From: Octopus vulgaris
Lineage: Eukaryota
Reading direction: 5' to 3'
DNA length: 64,000 nucleotides
Assembly (NCBI GenBank): GCA_951406725.2
Contig: OX597821.1
Coordinates: forward strand, 13,392,001 to 13,456,000
Shown here piece by piece: positions 12,148 to 25,659 of the stretch (positions within the stretch are counted from its first letter, which is position 1; every line of letters starts with the position of its first letter). Under the pieces are notes generated by a model. It was not told the DNA's origin. It made no database searches and saw nothing but the letters and a program-made list of their open reading frames with translations. A program made the position numbers and the translations under genes.

Positions 12148-14965
12148 AGTTTGTGTGTGGGAGAGTTCATGTGTGTATGAGAGAGAGTGAGAGGGTTTGT
12201 ATGTGTTTATGTGTATGTGTATGTTTATGTGTATGTGTGTGAAAGAGAGAGTTTGTATGTGTGTATGTATATGTGTTTGAAAGAGAGAAAGGGTTTGTGG
12301 TTGCACGTGTGGGTTTGTGTGTGAGGGAGAGAGAGAGTATGTGTGTCTCTCGCCGCCACTTGACAACCGGTGTTGGTTTGCTTACATCATTGCTTAAAGT
12401 TTCTATATAGAATAAAAGTTAAGACCTAATTCATCCGTTAGGTTGTTAATCAAATTCATTTATAAATAAACAATAATTAAATTATTGTATACAATGCTCA
12501 GGTGCACAACAGGACCGATAAAAAAGAAGTACCGGATCAAAAAGAAAAATGTACCAGATCATAGAGAAAAGAAGTACCAGATCAAAAAGAAAAAAGTACC
12601 AGATCATAGAGAAAAGAAGTACCAGATCGAAAAGAAAAAAGTACCAGATCATAGAGAAAAGAAGTACCAGATCGAAAAGAAAAAAGTACCAGATCATAGA
12701 GAAAAGAAGTACCGGATGGAAAAGAAAAAAGGTACCAGATCATAGAGAAAAGAAGTACCAGATCAAAAAGAAAAAAGTACCAGATCATAGAGAAAAGAAG
12801 TACCGGATCAAAAAGAAAAAATTACCAGATCATAGAGAAAAGAAGTACCAGATCAAAAAGAAAAAAGCGCAAGATCATAGAGAAAAAAGTACCAGATCAA
12901 AAAAGAAAAAAGTACCAGATCATAGAGAAAAGAAGTACCAGATCAAAAAGAAAAAAGTACCAGATCATAGAGAAAAGAAGTACCAGATCAAAAACAAAAA
13001 AGTACCAGATCATAGAGAAAAGAAGTACCAGATCGAAAAGAATAAAGTACCAGATCATAGAGAAAAGAAGTACCGGATCAAAAAGAAAAAAAGCACAAGA
13101 TCATAGAGAAAAAAAGTACCAGATCGAAAAGAAAAAAGTACCAGATCATAGAGAAAAGAAGTACCAGATCAAAAAGAAAAAAGTACCAGATAATAGAGAA
13201 AAGAATTACCAGATCAAAAAGAAAAAAGTACCAGATCATAGAGAAAAGAAGTACCGGATCAAAAAGAAAAAATTACCAGATCATAGAGAAAAGAAGTACC
13301 AGATCAAAAAGAAAAAAGTACCAGATCATAGAGAAAAGAAGTACCAGATCATAGAGAAAAGATGTACCGGATCAATAAGAAAAAATTACCAGGTCATAGA
13401 GAAAAGAAGTACCAGATCAAAAAGAAAAAAGTACCAGGTCATAGAGAAAAGAAGTACCAGATCAAAAAGAAAAAAGTACCAGATCATAGAGAAAAGAAGT
13501 ACCTGATCAAAAAGAAAAAAGTACCAGATCGAAAAGAAAAAAGTTCCAGATCATAGAGAAAAGAAGTACCAGATCAAAAAGAAAAAAGTACCAGATCATA
13601 GAGAAAAGAAGTACCAGATCAAAAAGAAAAAAGTACCAGATCATAGAGAAAAGAAGTACCAGATCAAAAAGAAAAAAAGTACCAGATCATAGAGAAAAGA
13701 AGTACCGGATCAAAAAGAAAAAAATTACCAGATCATAGAGAAAAGAAGTACCAGATCAAAAAGAAAAAAGTACCAGATCATAGAGAAAAGAAGTACCTGA
13801 TCAAAAAGAAAGAAGTACCAGATCTAAAAGAAAAAAGTACCAGATCATAGAGAAAAGAAGTACCAGATCAAAAAAGAAAAAAGTACCATATCATAGAGAA
13901 AAGAAGTACCAGATCAAAAAGAAAAAAGTACCAGATCATAGAGAAAAGAAGTACCAGATCAAAAAGAAAAAAGTACCAGATCATAGAGAAAAGAAGTACC
14001 GGATCAAAAAGAAAAAAATTACCAGATCATAGAGAAAAGAAGTACCAGATCAAAAAGAAAAAAGTACCAGATCATAGAGAAAAGAAGTACCGGATCAAAA
14101 AGAAAAAAGTACCAGATCATAGAGAAAAGAAGTACTGGATCAAAAAAGAAAAAAGTACCAGATCATAGAGAAAAGAAGTACCAGATGAAAAAGAAAAGGT
14201 ATTAGATTATAGAGAAAAGAAGGACCAGATCAAAAAGAAAAAAGTACCAGATCATAGAGAAAAGAAGTACCGGATCAAAAAGAAAAAATTAGCAGATCAT
14301 AGAGAAAAGAAGTACCAGATCAAAAAGAAAAAAATTACCAGATCATAGAGAAAAGAAGTACCAGATCAAAAAGAAAAAAGTACCAGATCATAGAGAAAAG
14401 AAGTACCAGATCGAAAAGAAAAAAGTACCAGATCATAGAGAAAAGAAGTACCAGATCAAAAAGAAAAAAGTACCAGATCATAGAGAAAAGAAGTACCAGA
14501 TCAAAAAGAAAAAAAGTACCAGATCATAGAGAAAAGATGTACCAGATAAAAAAGAAAAAAGTACCAGATCATAGAGAAAAGAAGTACCAGATCAAAAAGA
14601 AAAAAGTACCAGATCATAGAGAAAAGAAGTACCAGATCGAAAAGAAAAAAGGTACCAGATCATAGAGAAAAGAAGTACCAGATCAAAAAGAAAAAAGTAC
14701 CAGATCATAGAGAAAAGAAGTACCAGATCAAAAAGAAAAAAGTACCAGATCATAGAGAAAAGAAGTACCAGATCGAAAAGAAAAAAGGTACCAGATCATA
14801 GAGAAAAGATGTACCAGATCAAAAAGAAAAAAGTACCAGATTATAGAGAAAAGAAGTACCAGATCCCCCCCAAAAAAAAGAGTACCGGGGTAGATTTGTT
14901 TGAGTAAACCCTCCAATGTTGTCCCCAAGCATTGCCGCGATCTAATGAATGAAACAAGTAAAAGA
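11685..14965 (+). mobile_element. SINE-B inflated to about 3.3 kb by internal repeat expansions
   Basis: Head 11685-11838, mid part 12340-12390, ggaccgata at 12512, tail gtaccggggtagatttg...gaaacaagtaaaaga 14882-14965. Confidence 0.8.
12521..14864 (+). repeat. Tandem satellite with a 45-bp dimeric unit (23+22 nt), about 52 copies
   Basis: gtaccagatcatagagaaaagaa alternates with gtaccagatcaaaaagaaaaaa; copy number estimated from array length divided by 45. Confidence 0.95.
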
Positions 14966-15424
14966 TTAATTTTTTTTTTAAATGAGAAAGAGACGAGAAA
15001 TAAAGAGAAAGGAATTTGGGAAACGATGACGTTTTAATGGGGGCTGAGAGGAAAGGAAAATGATATAAAGGAGATTATAATAAAGGCAGGATGAAAGAAA
15101 CTGGGATAAGGTGTGTGGATAGGGTGTGTGGATGTATGTAGATGGATGCCTGCGTGCGTTTGTGTCTGTGTGTTTGCGCATGTGCGTGTGAATTTGCGTG
15201 AGGTACACCACTTCTAGCAAACGCGCGTGCGCGTGTGAAAATGTGCATCATCTCCTTTATTACCAACACTCTCATCCTCATCCTCAACCTCCTCATCCTC
15301 ATCCTCTTCCTCCTCATCATCATCATCATCACCACCACCACCATCATCATCATCATCATTAATGTGTCATAGTAGCTAGCCATTGTTAACTTTGCTCTGT
15401 TAATCGTATAGACAATAAATATAT

Positions 15425-15463
15425 ATATATATATATCCAGAGAGAGAGAGAGAGAGATAAATG

Positions 15464-15540
<77 letters not shown>

Positions 15541-15592
15541 GTATAAACAAACGTAATTATATATATATATATATAATTACGTTTGTTTATAC

Positions 15593-15633
<41 letters not shown>

Positions 15634-15651
15634 CATTTATCTCTCTCTCTA

Positions 15652-15660
<9 letters not shown>
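15425..15660. repeat. Spacerless palindrome centred on (AT)n
   Basis: gagataaatgga(taga)n ggtataaacaaacgtaatta|taattacgtttgtttatacc (tatc)n tccatttatctc. Confidence 0.9.
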
Positions 15661-15689
<29 letters not shown>

Positions 15690-15881
15690 TATATATGTGT
15701 GTATATATATATATATGTATGTATGTGTGTGTGTGTGCATGTGTGTGTGAGACACAATGTAAATTTCAAATATGTAGAGAAACATACATGTCATTTTGTT
15801 TACCTGCCATTATCTTCATAGTTCATATATGGTTAATATATATTCGTGTGTATATACGCATGCATACACACACATACATGC

Positions 15882-15912
<31 letters not shown>

Positions 15913-15961
15913 TGCATGTATATATATATATATATATATATAACAAAGTGGAGTTGTAGGG

Positions 15962-16024
<63 letters not shown>

Positions 16025-16380
16025 TAGCTGTATATGTATGTGTGTAGGTATGCACGTGTGTATGTGTTCGTTTATACAGAGATAGAAAGAGGGAGACAGA
16101 AAGAGAGAGAGGGGAAGAGGAACTGTCTGGTTCCAATAGTTATAGATAGCCCCCTTTCAACAGTTATTATTGCTGTGATTAGGGTTCCAACTACAGGTAG
16201 AAGCTGGATCGTGGACTCTCGTGGCTAGAAATGAACCCTTCGCCATTAAGTATGCAGATTTGCATGCTTAACATTCACAGTGGAGTTAAAAATTCATACG
16301 AACAGGCATGTGTGTGTGTGTGTGTGTCTGTGCCTGTGCGTGCGCGTATACATGTCACTGTACATATTTATAGATACGCG

Positions 16381-16424
<44 letters not shown>

Positions 16425-16545
16425 CATATATACATATATATAGGTATGTATGTATATGCATACACGTATATATATATATATATATATACATACATATATA
16501 TGTATAAATATATATCTATGTATGAATATATATATATATATGTGT

Positions 16546-16607
<62 letters not shown>

Positions 16608-16610
16608 ATG

Positions 16611-16644
<34 letters not shown>

Positions 16645-16645
<1 letters not shown>

Positions 16646-16735
16646 TAGGCTTACAAAGAATAAGTCCTGAGGTCGATTTGCTCGACTGAAAGGCAGTGCT
16701 CCAGCATGGCCACAGTCAAATAACTGAAACAAGTA
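16645..16735 (+). mobile_element. SINE-B 3' fragment
   Basis: taggcttacaaagaataagtcc...ctgaaacaagta. Confidence 0.8.
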
Positions 16736-16739
16736 CTTC

Positions 16740-16777
<38 letters not shown>

Positions 16778-16959
16778 ATGATGAGTGTTGTTCTCAAAAT
16801 AGGAGCAACAACAACAGTAGCAACAATAAACATAAAAACAACCATAATATCTACAAAGCTCCAATCTCTCTCTGTTACATGCTATAAGAAACATCAACAC
16901 TGCTTGGAAGATAACTGGGAGGAAATGACAATGTGTGTGTGTGTGTGTGGGTGTAACTG

Positions 16960-17245
<286 letters not shown>

Positions 17246-17597
17246 AGTGATGAGTGGTTGATGAGCCGTTAGTAACGTAAACGTGTCCTAAAATAAAGAC
17301 GGCGTGTTTTAAGGGAGTAAATTGAGAAAGGGGACGATGGAGAGAAAGAGTGAGAAAACGAAGGAGAGATACAGGGAGGAAGAGAGAGTGTCTAAAAGAA
17401 AAAGTGAGAGAGAGAGAGGCGGAGAAGAGAAAATGAGAGAGAACGGAAAAAAATACAAATAACATTTATATATAAGTAAATAAAACAGCTGGATGGCCAT
17501 GGCTAAGGTTGTCTATAGAGGAAAAAGGGGATTGTTGGGGGTTAGGGTTGTGATTGTCGTGATGGCTGCGGTGGTGGTAGTGGTTGTGTTGATGGTA

Positions 17598-17830
17598 GTG
17601 GCGCGAGCTGGCAGAATCGTTAGGACGGTGGGCGAAATGCTTAGCGGTATTTCGTCTGCCGTTACGTTGTGAGTTCAAATCCCGCCGGGGTCAACTTTGC
17701 CTTTCATCCTTTCGAGGTCGATAAATTAAGTACCAGTTACGCACTGGGGTCGATATAATCGACTTAATCCGTTTGTCTGTCCTTGTTTGTCCTCTCTGTG
17801 TTTAGCCCCTTGTGGGTAGTAAAGAAATAG
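17598..17830 (+). mobile_element. SINE-A, near full length (tail type 1)
   Basis: ggcgcgagctggcagaatcgttag ... gtttagccccttgtgggtagtaaagaaatag. Confidence 0.9.
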
Positions 17831-18462
17831 GTAGTGGTGGTCGCGGTGGTTGTGGAGGCACGTGGGTTTGTGGTGAAGTTTATGGTGGTTACGGTGTGTG
17901 TGTAATGGTGGCGGTGGAGCTAGTGATGATGGTGGTGGTGGTGTTGCTGACGGTGGTGGCGTTGGTGATTGTGATGGAGGTATGGGTGATTGTGGTTGTG
18001 GCGGCGTGGTCGTCGGCGTGGAGGAGATACGGGTGTTTGTGTTCGTGGTGGCGGTGATGATGGTGGTGATGGTGGTGATGGAGGTATGATGGCGGTGGCG
18101 CTGGTAGTAGTGCAGCGTTGGGTGGGTTTGTTGGTGGGGGTTGTCGCTGTGTTGTTGTTGGTGATGGTGGTGGTGGTGGTGGTGGTGGTGGTGGTGTTGC
18201 TGGTGTTGAAGATTCTTGTGATGATGGTGGTGGATGCGGAGGTTATGGTGGTGGTGGTGATGGTGGTGGTGTTAGGTGGGACATGTGATGGCGACGGTGA
18301 TGGTGGTGGCGGTGGCGGTGGTGGCGGTGGTGGTGGTGATGGTGGTAATGTCGTCGATATTGATGGTGGTGGTGGTGGTGGCGGTGGTGGTGGTGATGGT
18401 TGTGGTGGCGATGGCGGTGGTAGTGGTGGTAGTGGTGGTGCTGCTGCTGCTGCTGCTACTGC

Positions 18463-18494
<32 letters not shown>

Positions 18495-18620
18495 TTGCTG
18501 GTGATTTTGGTGGCGGTGTTGATGATAGTGATAATCTTACTGAGCAACAACTAACTTGGATCAAGTGGTGCCATCACTGTTGTTGTTGTTGTTGTTGTTC
18601 TTCTTCTTCTTCTTCTTCTT
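17830..18620. repeat. Mosaic GGT/GAT/GCT/TGT/TCT trinucleotide region
   Basis: Seen directly. Confidence 0.9.
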
Positions 18621-18985
18621 GTTAAACGCCAACATTGTTGCTATGTAACTACCAAAGCTTGGACTTAAGTGCTGCTGTCAATCTTCTTGTTGCTGGGTCG
18701 TTACTAACGGGAGACTTACACTCGTTGTTGCTACTTGGACGCATTTGTGAAAGTAGTGCAAACTAGTTCTAAAAGAGGACCAGCTTCCCCACTCACAGCA
18801 ACTCACCTCCCATTTCATGCTCACACACACACACGCACACACACGCGCATGCACATGCACGCACACTTACACACACACACACACGTACACACGCATAGCG
18901 CAAGAGAGAAACTACTTTCATACAAACACATTTATGCGTCTATGTAACTAACGTGACGTATAAGATTAAAAGAATATACATAAAT

Positions 18986-19046
<61 letters not shown>

Positions 19047-19080
19047 CATACATACATACATATACATACATACAGATAGC

Positions 19081-19168
<88 letters not shown>

Positions 19169-19276
19169 GAGGTATACATATATATGAAATGTTATTGTAT
19201 GTATGTGTATATATATATATATATACATGCCCGCATATACATACACACACGTGTGGGGAGATGCCTGCGTGTGAGT

Positions 19277-19337
<61 letters not shown>

Positions 19338-19846
19338 GTACATACACACACACACACATATATGGTGGTTGTCTACTCCTTATGCAGAGTTTGACCACCA
19401 CTTGTATCTATACCTTAGAACCATATATTTATATATATATATACACACACACATGTATATACATATGTATGTGTGTGTGTGTGTGTGTGCGTATGTGTAT
19501 AAAACCGGTTAGAATACAAATTCACAGGTGTGTATATATATGTATGTATGTATGTGTGTATGTACGTATGTATGACAGCAGGGGTATCGAAATTATGCAT
19601 ACGTGCGGATGATTCTGCATATGTGCGCGTAAGCTTGCATGCGAGTGCGTGAGTGGTCGTGTATGTGTGTCCGCATGAGAATGCGACTGAGGACACGTGC
19701 GTGCGCGATTGGGTGACTGTGCACATGCACGCTTCTTCATACATAATTTAATACTAATAAGACTAATGAAGTGCATGCGCACACATGCACACACACGCGA
19801 AAGTAAAACGCATTCAGAGTCAGAGATAGGCCAACGTATAAACAGT

Positions 19847-19914
<68 letters not shown>

Positions 19915-20085
19915 CAAATATATTTTACGTGCGTGGTGACATATAGGCCGTGTATATATATATGCGTATATACTTATATATATATATTCGTATCTATATA
20001 TATATATATATACGTATATATATATATATATATATTAGTATATATATATATATATGTGTGTATGTGTGTGTGTGTGTGTGTGTAT

Positions 20086-20290
20086 GCACAGGAGTGGTTG
20101 TGTGGTAAGTACCTTGCTTACCAACCACATGGTTCCGGGTTCAGTCCCACAGCGTGGCACCTTGGGCAAGTGTTTTCTACTATAGCCTCGGGCCGACCAA
20201 AGCCTTGTGAGTGGATTTGGTAGGCGGAAACTGAAAAAAGCCCGTCGTATATATGTATATGTATGTGTGTGTGTGTGTGTATGTGTGTGT

Positions 20291-20379
<89 letters not shown>

Positions 20380-20574
20380 GTCCCTCCCAACATCGCTTGA
20401 CAACCGATGCCGGTGTTTTTACGCCCCCTGTAACTTAGCAGTTCTGCAATAGTGACCGACAGAATCAAGTACTCTGCTTACAAAGAATAAATCCTGGGGT
20501 CGATTTGCCTGACTAAAGGCGGTGCTCCAGCATGGCCGCAGTCAAATGACTGAAACAAGTAAAAGAGTAAAGAG

Positions 20575-20575
<1 letters not shown>
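20086..20575 (+). mobile_element. SINE-B, full length
   Basis: Family match. Confidence 0.9.
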
Positions 20576-20606
<31 letters not shown>

Positions 20607-20964
20607 CATATATATGAATATATTTATATTATATATATATATGCATATATTTATATATTTATATATTATATATATATATGAGCATTCCTTTATGTGCATA
20701 TTTGCATATATGCATGCAGTCGTGCTTGTGTGCGCCCGTGAGTTGATGACCATGATACGCAGTTTAAAAGTTACCCAATATTATCACTATGGTCCTCCGT
20801 CACTAACTGAATGACAAATTGCCGCTCATTGAATATTGATGTACCTAGTGTACCCTGAGGTACCTATCAGTGGTTAGTGGTGTTGTCGTACGTGTGAGCG
20901 TTGGGTTAGTAAGATTCTTTAAGAAGTATTTTCGGATTGAGTTGGATCACTGAATTCAGGATTG

Positions 20965-21960
20965 ATCATCTGTGTGTGTGTGCCTCTATCACTGTGCCTG
21001 TGTGTGTGTGCCTCTGTCATTGTGCGTGTGTGAATGTCTGTGTGTTTATGTCTGTTTGTGTGTGTGTGCATGTGTGTGCATATGTTTATGTCCGTGTGTC
21101 CGTGTGCGTGTGTGTGAGCATGTGTGTGAATGTGTGTGTATATGTGTGTGTACGTGGGTCTGTGTATGTGCCTTTGTGTGTGTGTGTGGGGGGGTCTGTG
21201 TATGTGCCTTTGTGTGTGTGTGTATGTGAGTGTGTGCGTAATTGTATGCATATGTCTATCTGTGAATGCCTTAATCGCTTGCGTGCCTCTATCACTGTGC
21301 CTGAGTGTGTGTGCCTCTATCACTGTGTGTGTGTGTGTGTTTGTGTGTGCGCGCGTGCTTGCGTATGTTTATGTCTGTGTGTCCGTGCGCGTATGTGTGA
21401 GCATGTGTGTGAATGTGTGTGTATGTGTGTGTGCGCGTAATTGTATGCATATGTCTATGTGGGGGGGGGTCTGTGTATGTGCATTTGTGTATGTGTGTGT
21501 GTGTGTGCGCGTAATTGTATGCATATGTCTATGTGACATTGCCTTAATCGCTGTGGATCTTGTGTGCGCCGCTATCACTGTGCCTGTGTGTGCGTGTGCC
21601 TCTATCATTATGATTGTGTGTATGTGCTTCTTTCACAATTCCTGTGTGTACCTCTATCACTGGTTCTGTGTGTGTGTGTCTCTATCATTGTGACTCTGTG
21701 TATGTCTCTACCGCTCTGCGTCTCTGTGTGTGTAAGTGTGTGTACGTGCGCGTGTGAGTATGTGTGTGTGTGTGTGCCTTTATCACTGTTACTTTGTGTG
21801 CGCTTCTATCGCTCTGCCTCTGTGTGTGTGTATGTGTGCGTGCGTGTGTGTAGATCTCTATTGCTATTTCTCTAAGTGTGTATGTGTGTATGTGTGTGTG
21901 TGTGTGTGCCTCTATCATTGTGCCTCTGAGTGTCCCTTTGTGCCTTTTTCGCTTTGCCTC
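20965..21960. repeat. TG-rich cryptic minisatellite
   Basis: Recurrent gtgcctctatca(c/t)tgtg anchor motif. Confidence 0.8.
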
Positions 21961-22364
21961 TGTGTATATGTGCGTGACTGAGTGCATTTACCGCTGTGAC
22001 CGTATATGTATTAGCGTGCATGCGTGTGCTTTTATGTGTGTGCCTTCTTGTCTTAGTGTATGTATGTGTTCTCCTCTTAACATGTATATGTCTGCGTACC
22101 TCTCTTTTCATGCCTGCTTTTGTATGAGTGCGTGAGTGATTCTTTGTGTGTGCTCGTAGGTGTGTGTGTCTTTGAATGCGTGAGTCAACGTGCTGTGTAT
22201 GTGCGAGCATGTAACTGCGTGTCCCAACGTGAGTGCGAGCGTGTGTATACTTCCCTATGCGCGTGCGTGCGCGCGTGTGTGTGTGTGTGTTCGTTAGTAC
22301 CTGTATATGTATGCGTATCTGTGAAGGGGGTTTGTGTTGCATGACAACTTGTTACTACTGTTCT

Positions 22365-22594
22365 TATTTCTTTATTGCCCCCACAAGGGGCTACACACAG
22401 AGAGGACAAACAAGGACAGACAAACGGATTAAGTCGATTCCATCGACCCCAATGCGTAACTGGTACTTGTTTAATCGACCCCGAAAGGATGAAAGGCAAA
22501 GTCGACCTCGGTGGAATTTGAACTCAGAACGTAGCGGCAGACGAAATAAGCATTTCGCCCGGCGTGCTAACGTTTGTGCCAACACGCCGCCTTC
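22365..22594 (-). mobile_element. SINE-A (tail type 1)
   Basis: Matches the reverse complement of 17598-17830. Confidence 0.9.
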
Positions 22595-23177
22595 ACTTGT
22601 TACTACTGTTCTTACTATACACCAAACATCGACCACCGACACACACACACAACAACAACAACAACTACGATCCCCCACCACCATCACCATCACCACAACA
22701 ATATCAAAAACAACTACTAATACAACCAGCACCTTCACCACCACCACCACAACAACAACAACAAAAACAACAACAACAACATCAACAACAATAAGCTTCA
22801 ACACCACCACCACCACCACCTCCGTGGGCAATAGAATCACCGGTACCACCTCAATCCCCACTATCAACAAGATTATCTCCACCACAATCATGATACACCA
22901 ACGCCATCATCATCAGCAATGAGAAGAAGCCGATGCGTCTCTACGTGGTGACGCACTTTGTTAGAAATAGCAGCGAAGTCAACGCCAATCACAACCTGCT
23001 GTTGAATTTATCTTTTTCAAGTTTTTTTTCTTTATTATTATTATTTTAGAAGGGCATATTGAATAATGCAGTCCTAAATATATCATGTCTGTATAAAAGA
23101 AGCGATGGCCACTGTTGGCTTACTGGTAAGTCTGCTCGGTCAGTTCTTGTTTAACAAGAGCAAGAACAACAACAGCA

Positions 23178-23660
23178 GTGGAGGGGAATGGCCCAGTGGT
23201 TAGGGCAGCGGACTCGCGGTCGTAAGAACGCGGTTTCGATTCCCAGACCGGGCATTGTAAGTGTTTATTGAGCATGAACACCTAGGCTCCATGAAATCCG
23301 CTGTACTCTTTCATCACAACTTTTTCTCACTCTTTATTCCTTCATCTGTCACAAAGCACCACCACCATGGCGTAACCCACTATGGTGTGGTAAACTTTCA
23401 GACCCTAGTTTAGATTGCGAATCCTCTGTACCCCAGAATGGTTCAGCTCTCCACCCGTTAAAAGCCACCGTTTACAGAATGAGGATAACAACGTAGCTTT
23501 CGCGCCCGTGCAACCGCCTGTCTTTCACATGTGGTGGGTGGATCTTCAAGTTCCCACACGCATTCTTATTAGCTTAGAGTAGGCTCGAATTAGAAATTAT
23601 TCTCTGTGGCTAATGACGTGAGTCGTGATTGGAAGAAGAAGAAGAAGAAGAAGAAGAAGA
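23178..23660 (+). mobile_element. SINE-C, tail type 3 ending in (GAA)n
   Basis: A box tggcccagtgg, B box ggtttcgattcc; colinear with the reverse complement of 38700-39188. Confidence 0.85.
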
Positions 23661-23684
23661 CAACAACTGTAGCAAATAATAATG

Positions 23685-25500
23685 GTTTAATATTTTGGCA
23701 CAGGTCTAGCAATTTTTGAAGGGCGGAAGGAGTTTAGTACTTAATGTATCAACCTCAAAAGGATGAAAGGCAAAACCGGCCTCGGCGGAATTTGTGCTCT
23801 AAACATGAAGACGGACGAAACGCTGCTAAGCATTGTGTCCGGCGTGCTAACGATTCTACAGGTTTGCCACCTTAACAACAACTGCAACAACAATAATAAT
23901 AATAATAATTTTCTACTATAGGTACAAGACCTGAAACCTGAGGGAGGAGGATAATCCATTAGATCGATCCCCGTGCGTAACTGATACTTAGTTTATCAAT
24001 CCCGAAAGGATGAAAGACAAAGTCGACCTCTGCGGAATTTGAACTCAGAACGTAGCTAAGCATTTCGTCCAGGGTGCTAACGATTCTGCCGGCTCGCCGT
24101 TTCTGCTAAAGGCACAAGTCCTGAAATTTTACCGGGAGGGCCGAGTCGATCACATCGACCATAGTGTTTCACTGGTACTTAACTTATCGGCCCCTAAAGG
24201 ATGAAAGGCAAAGTCGACCTCGACAGAATTTGAACTCAAAGGGTACAGATGGACGAAATGGCGTTAAGCATTTTTCCCGGCGTGCTAACGATTCTGCCAA
24301 CTCGCCGCCTTGACAAAAATAATAATAATCATTTCCACTCTAGGCACAAGGTCTGAAATTCTTGGGGAGAGGACTAGTCGATTACAGCGACCCCGGTATT
24401 TTACTGTTACTTAATTTATCGACCCCTAAAGGATGAAAGGCAAAGTCGCCCTCGGCGGAATTTGAACTCAGAACCTAGTGACAGACGAAATACCACTCAG
24501 CATTTCTCCCGGCGCGCTAATGATTCTGCCACCTCGCCGCCTCAACACTAATAATGATAATACAGATCATTTCAAATTTTAGCACAAGACCCAGCAAGCC
24601 CTTTTAAGGTTGGTCAGTCGATTATATTGACCCTCAGTCTACAACAGGTACTTATTCTATCGACCCCAAAATGATGAAAGGCAAAGTCAACTTCAATGGA
24701 ATTTGAGCTCTAAACATAAAGACGGACGAGGTGCTGCTAAGCATTTCGTCCGGCTTGCTAACGATTCTGACAGCTCACGACGACAACAGCAACAACAACA
24801 ATAATAATGGTTTCAAATTTTGGCCCTAGGCGAGCAAGTTCGAAGAAGATGAGTAAGTCGATAATGTTATAAGCACCACTTGTGGACCCTAGTCTGCCAG
24901 CAATACTTATTCTATCGACCCCCATAAAAGCAAAGCAAACTGTTAGGCTTTAGGGAAAAGCAAAGTCGACTTCGCTGGCATTTGGACTCAGAATGTAAAG
25001 ACGGACGAAATGCCTCTAAGAATTTTGTCCGGCTTGCTAACGATTCAGCAAGCTCACCACCTTACACCAGCAAATAATAACAAATAATCTTTTCTACTCT
25101 AAGCACAAGGCCCGAAATTTTGGGGAGAGGGGGGCCAGTAGAATAGATCGACCCCAGTACGCAACTGGTACTTGATTTATCGACTTCGAAATGATGAAAG
25201 GCAAAGTTGACCTCGGCGGAATTTGAATTCAGAACGTAAAGACAGACGAAATACCACTAAGTAATAAATAAGTAATAATAATAGTTTTTTCTTAAAAAAA
25301 AAAACATGAAGAATGAAAGAGATATAATTATTGTTTCATATTTAGGCATAAAGCCAGAAAATTTGTGAAGAGTCGGGTAATCGATACCATCGATCGCAGT
25401 CCTTGACTAGTACTCAATTTTATCGATCCCGATGAGAATAAAAAGTAAGACTGACCTCGGCGAGATTCGATCTCGGATTGTAAAGGGCCGGAGGCATTTT
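23685..25500 (-). mobile_element. Head-to-tail array of about 8 diverged SINE-A copies (tail type 2)
   Basis: Core recurs every 190-270 nt, separated by AAT/AAC tracts. Confidence 0.9.
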
Positions 25501-25659
25501 CTTTTCTTTTTTTCACCTTTTTTTTTTCGACGTTCTAAAGCAGAAATAATCACAACGAATGGTGAGGAAACTACAAAGTGGTAAGTTGTTCTGCTAGAAA
25601 TAACAGCCCCAAACCTCAGGATGTTACCAACTCTTTAGAACTACTACAATTACTACTAA

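Noticed and set aside
11120-12366. Long His/Thr/Tyr/Ile or Cys/Val ORFs, here and throughout the window
   Set aside because: Translations of TACA, TG and TA microsatellites that lack stop codons.
12485-13556. Lys-rich ORFs (PDHREKKYQIKKKKV repeats)
   Set aside because: Translation of the 45-bp satellite; frequent 1-nt indels in A-runs break the frame.
12521-14864. CRISPR-like regular array
   Set aside because: No unique spacers, no cas genes, and a eukaryotic context.
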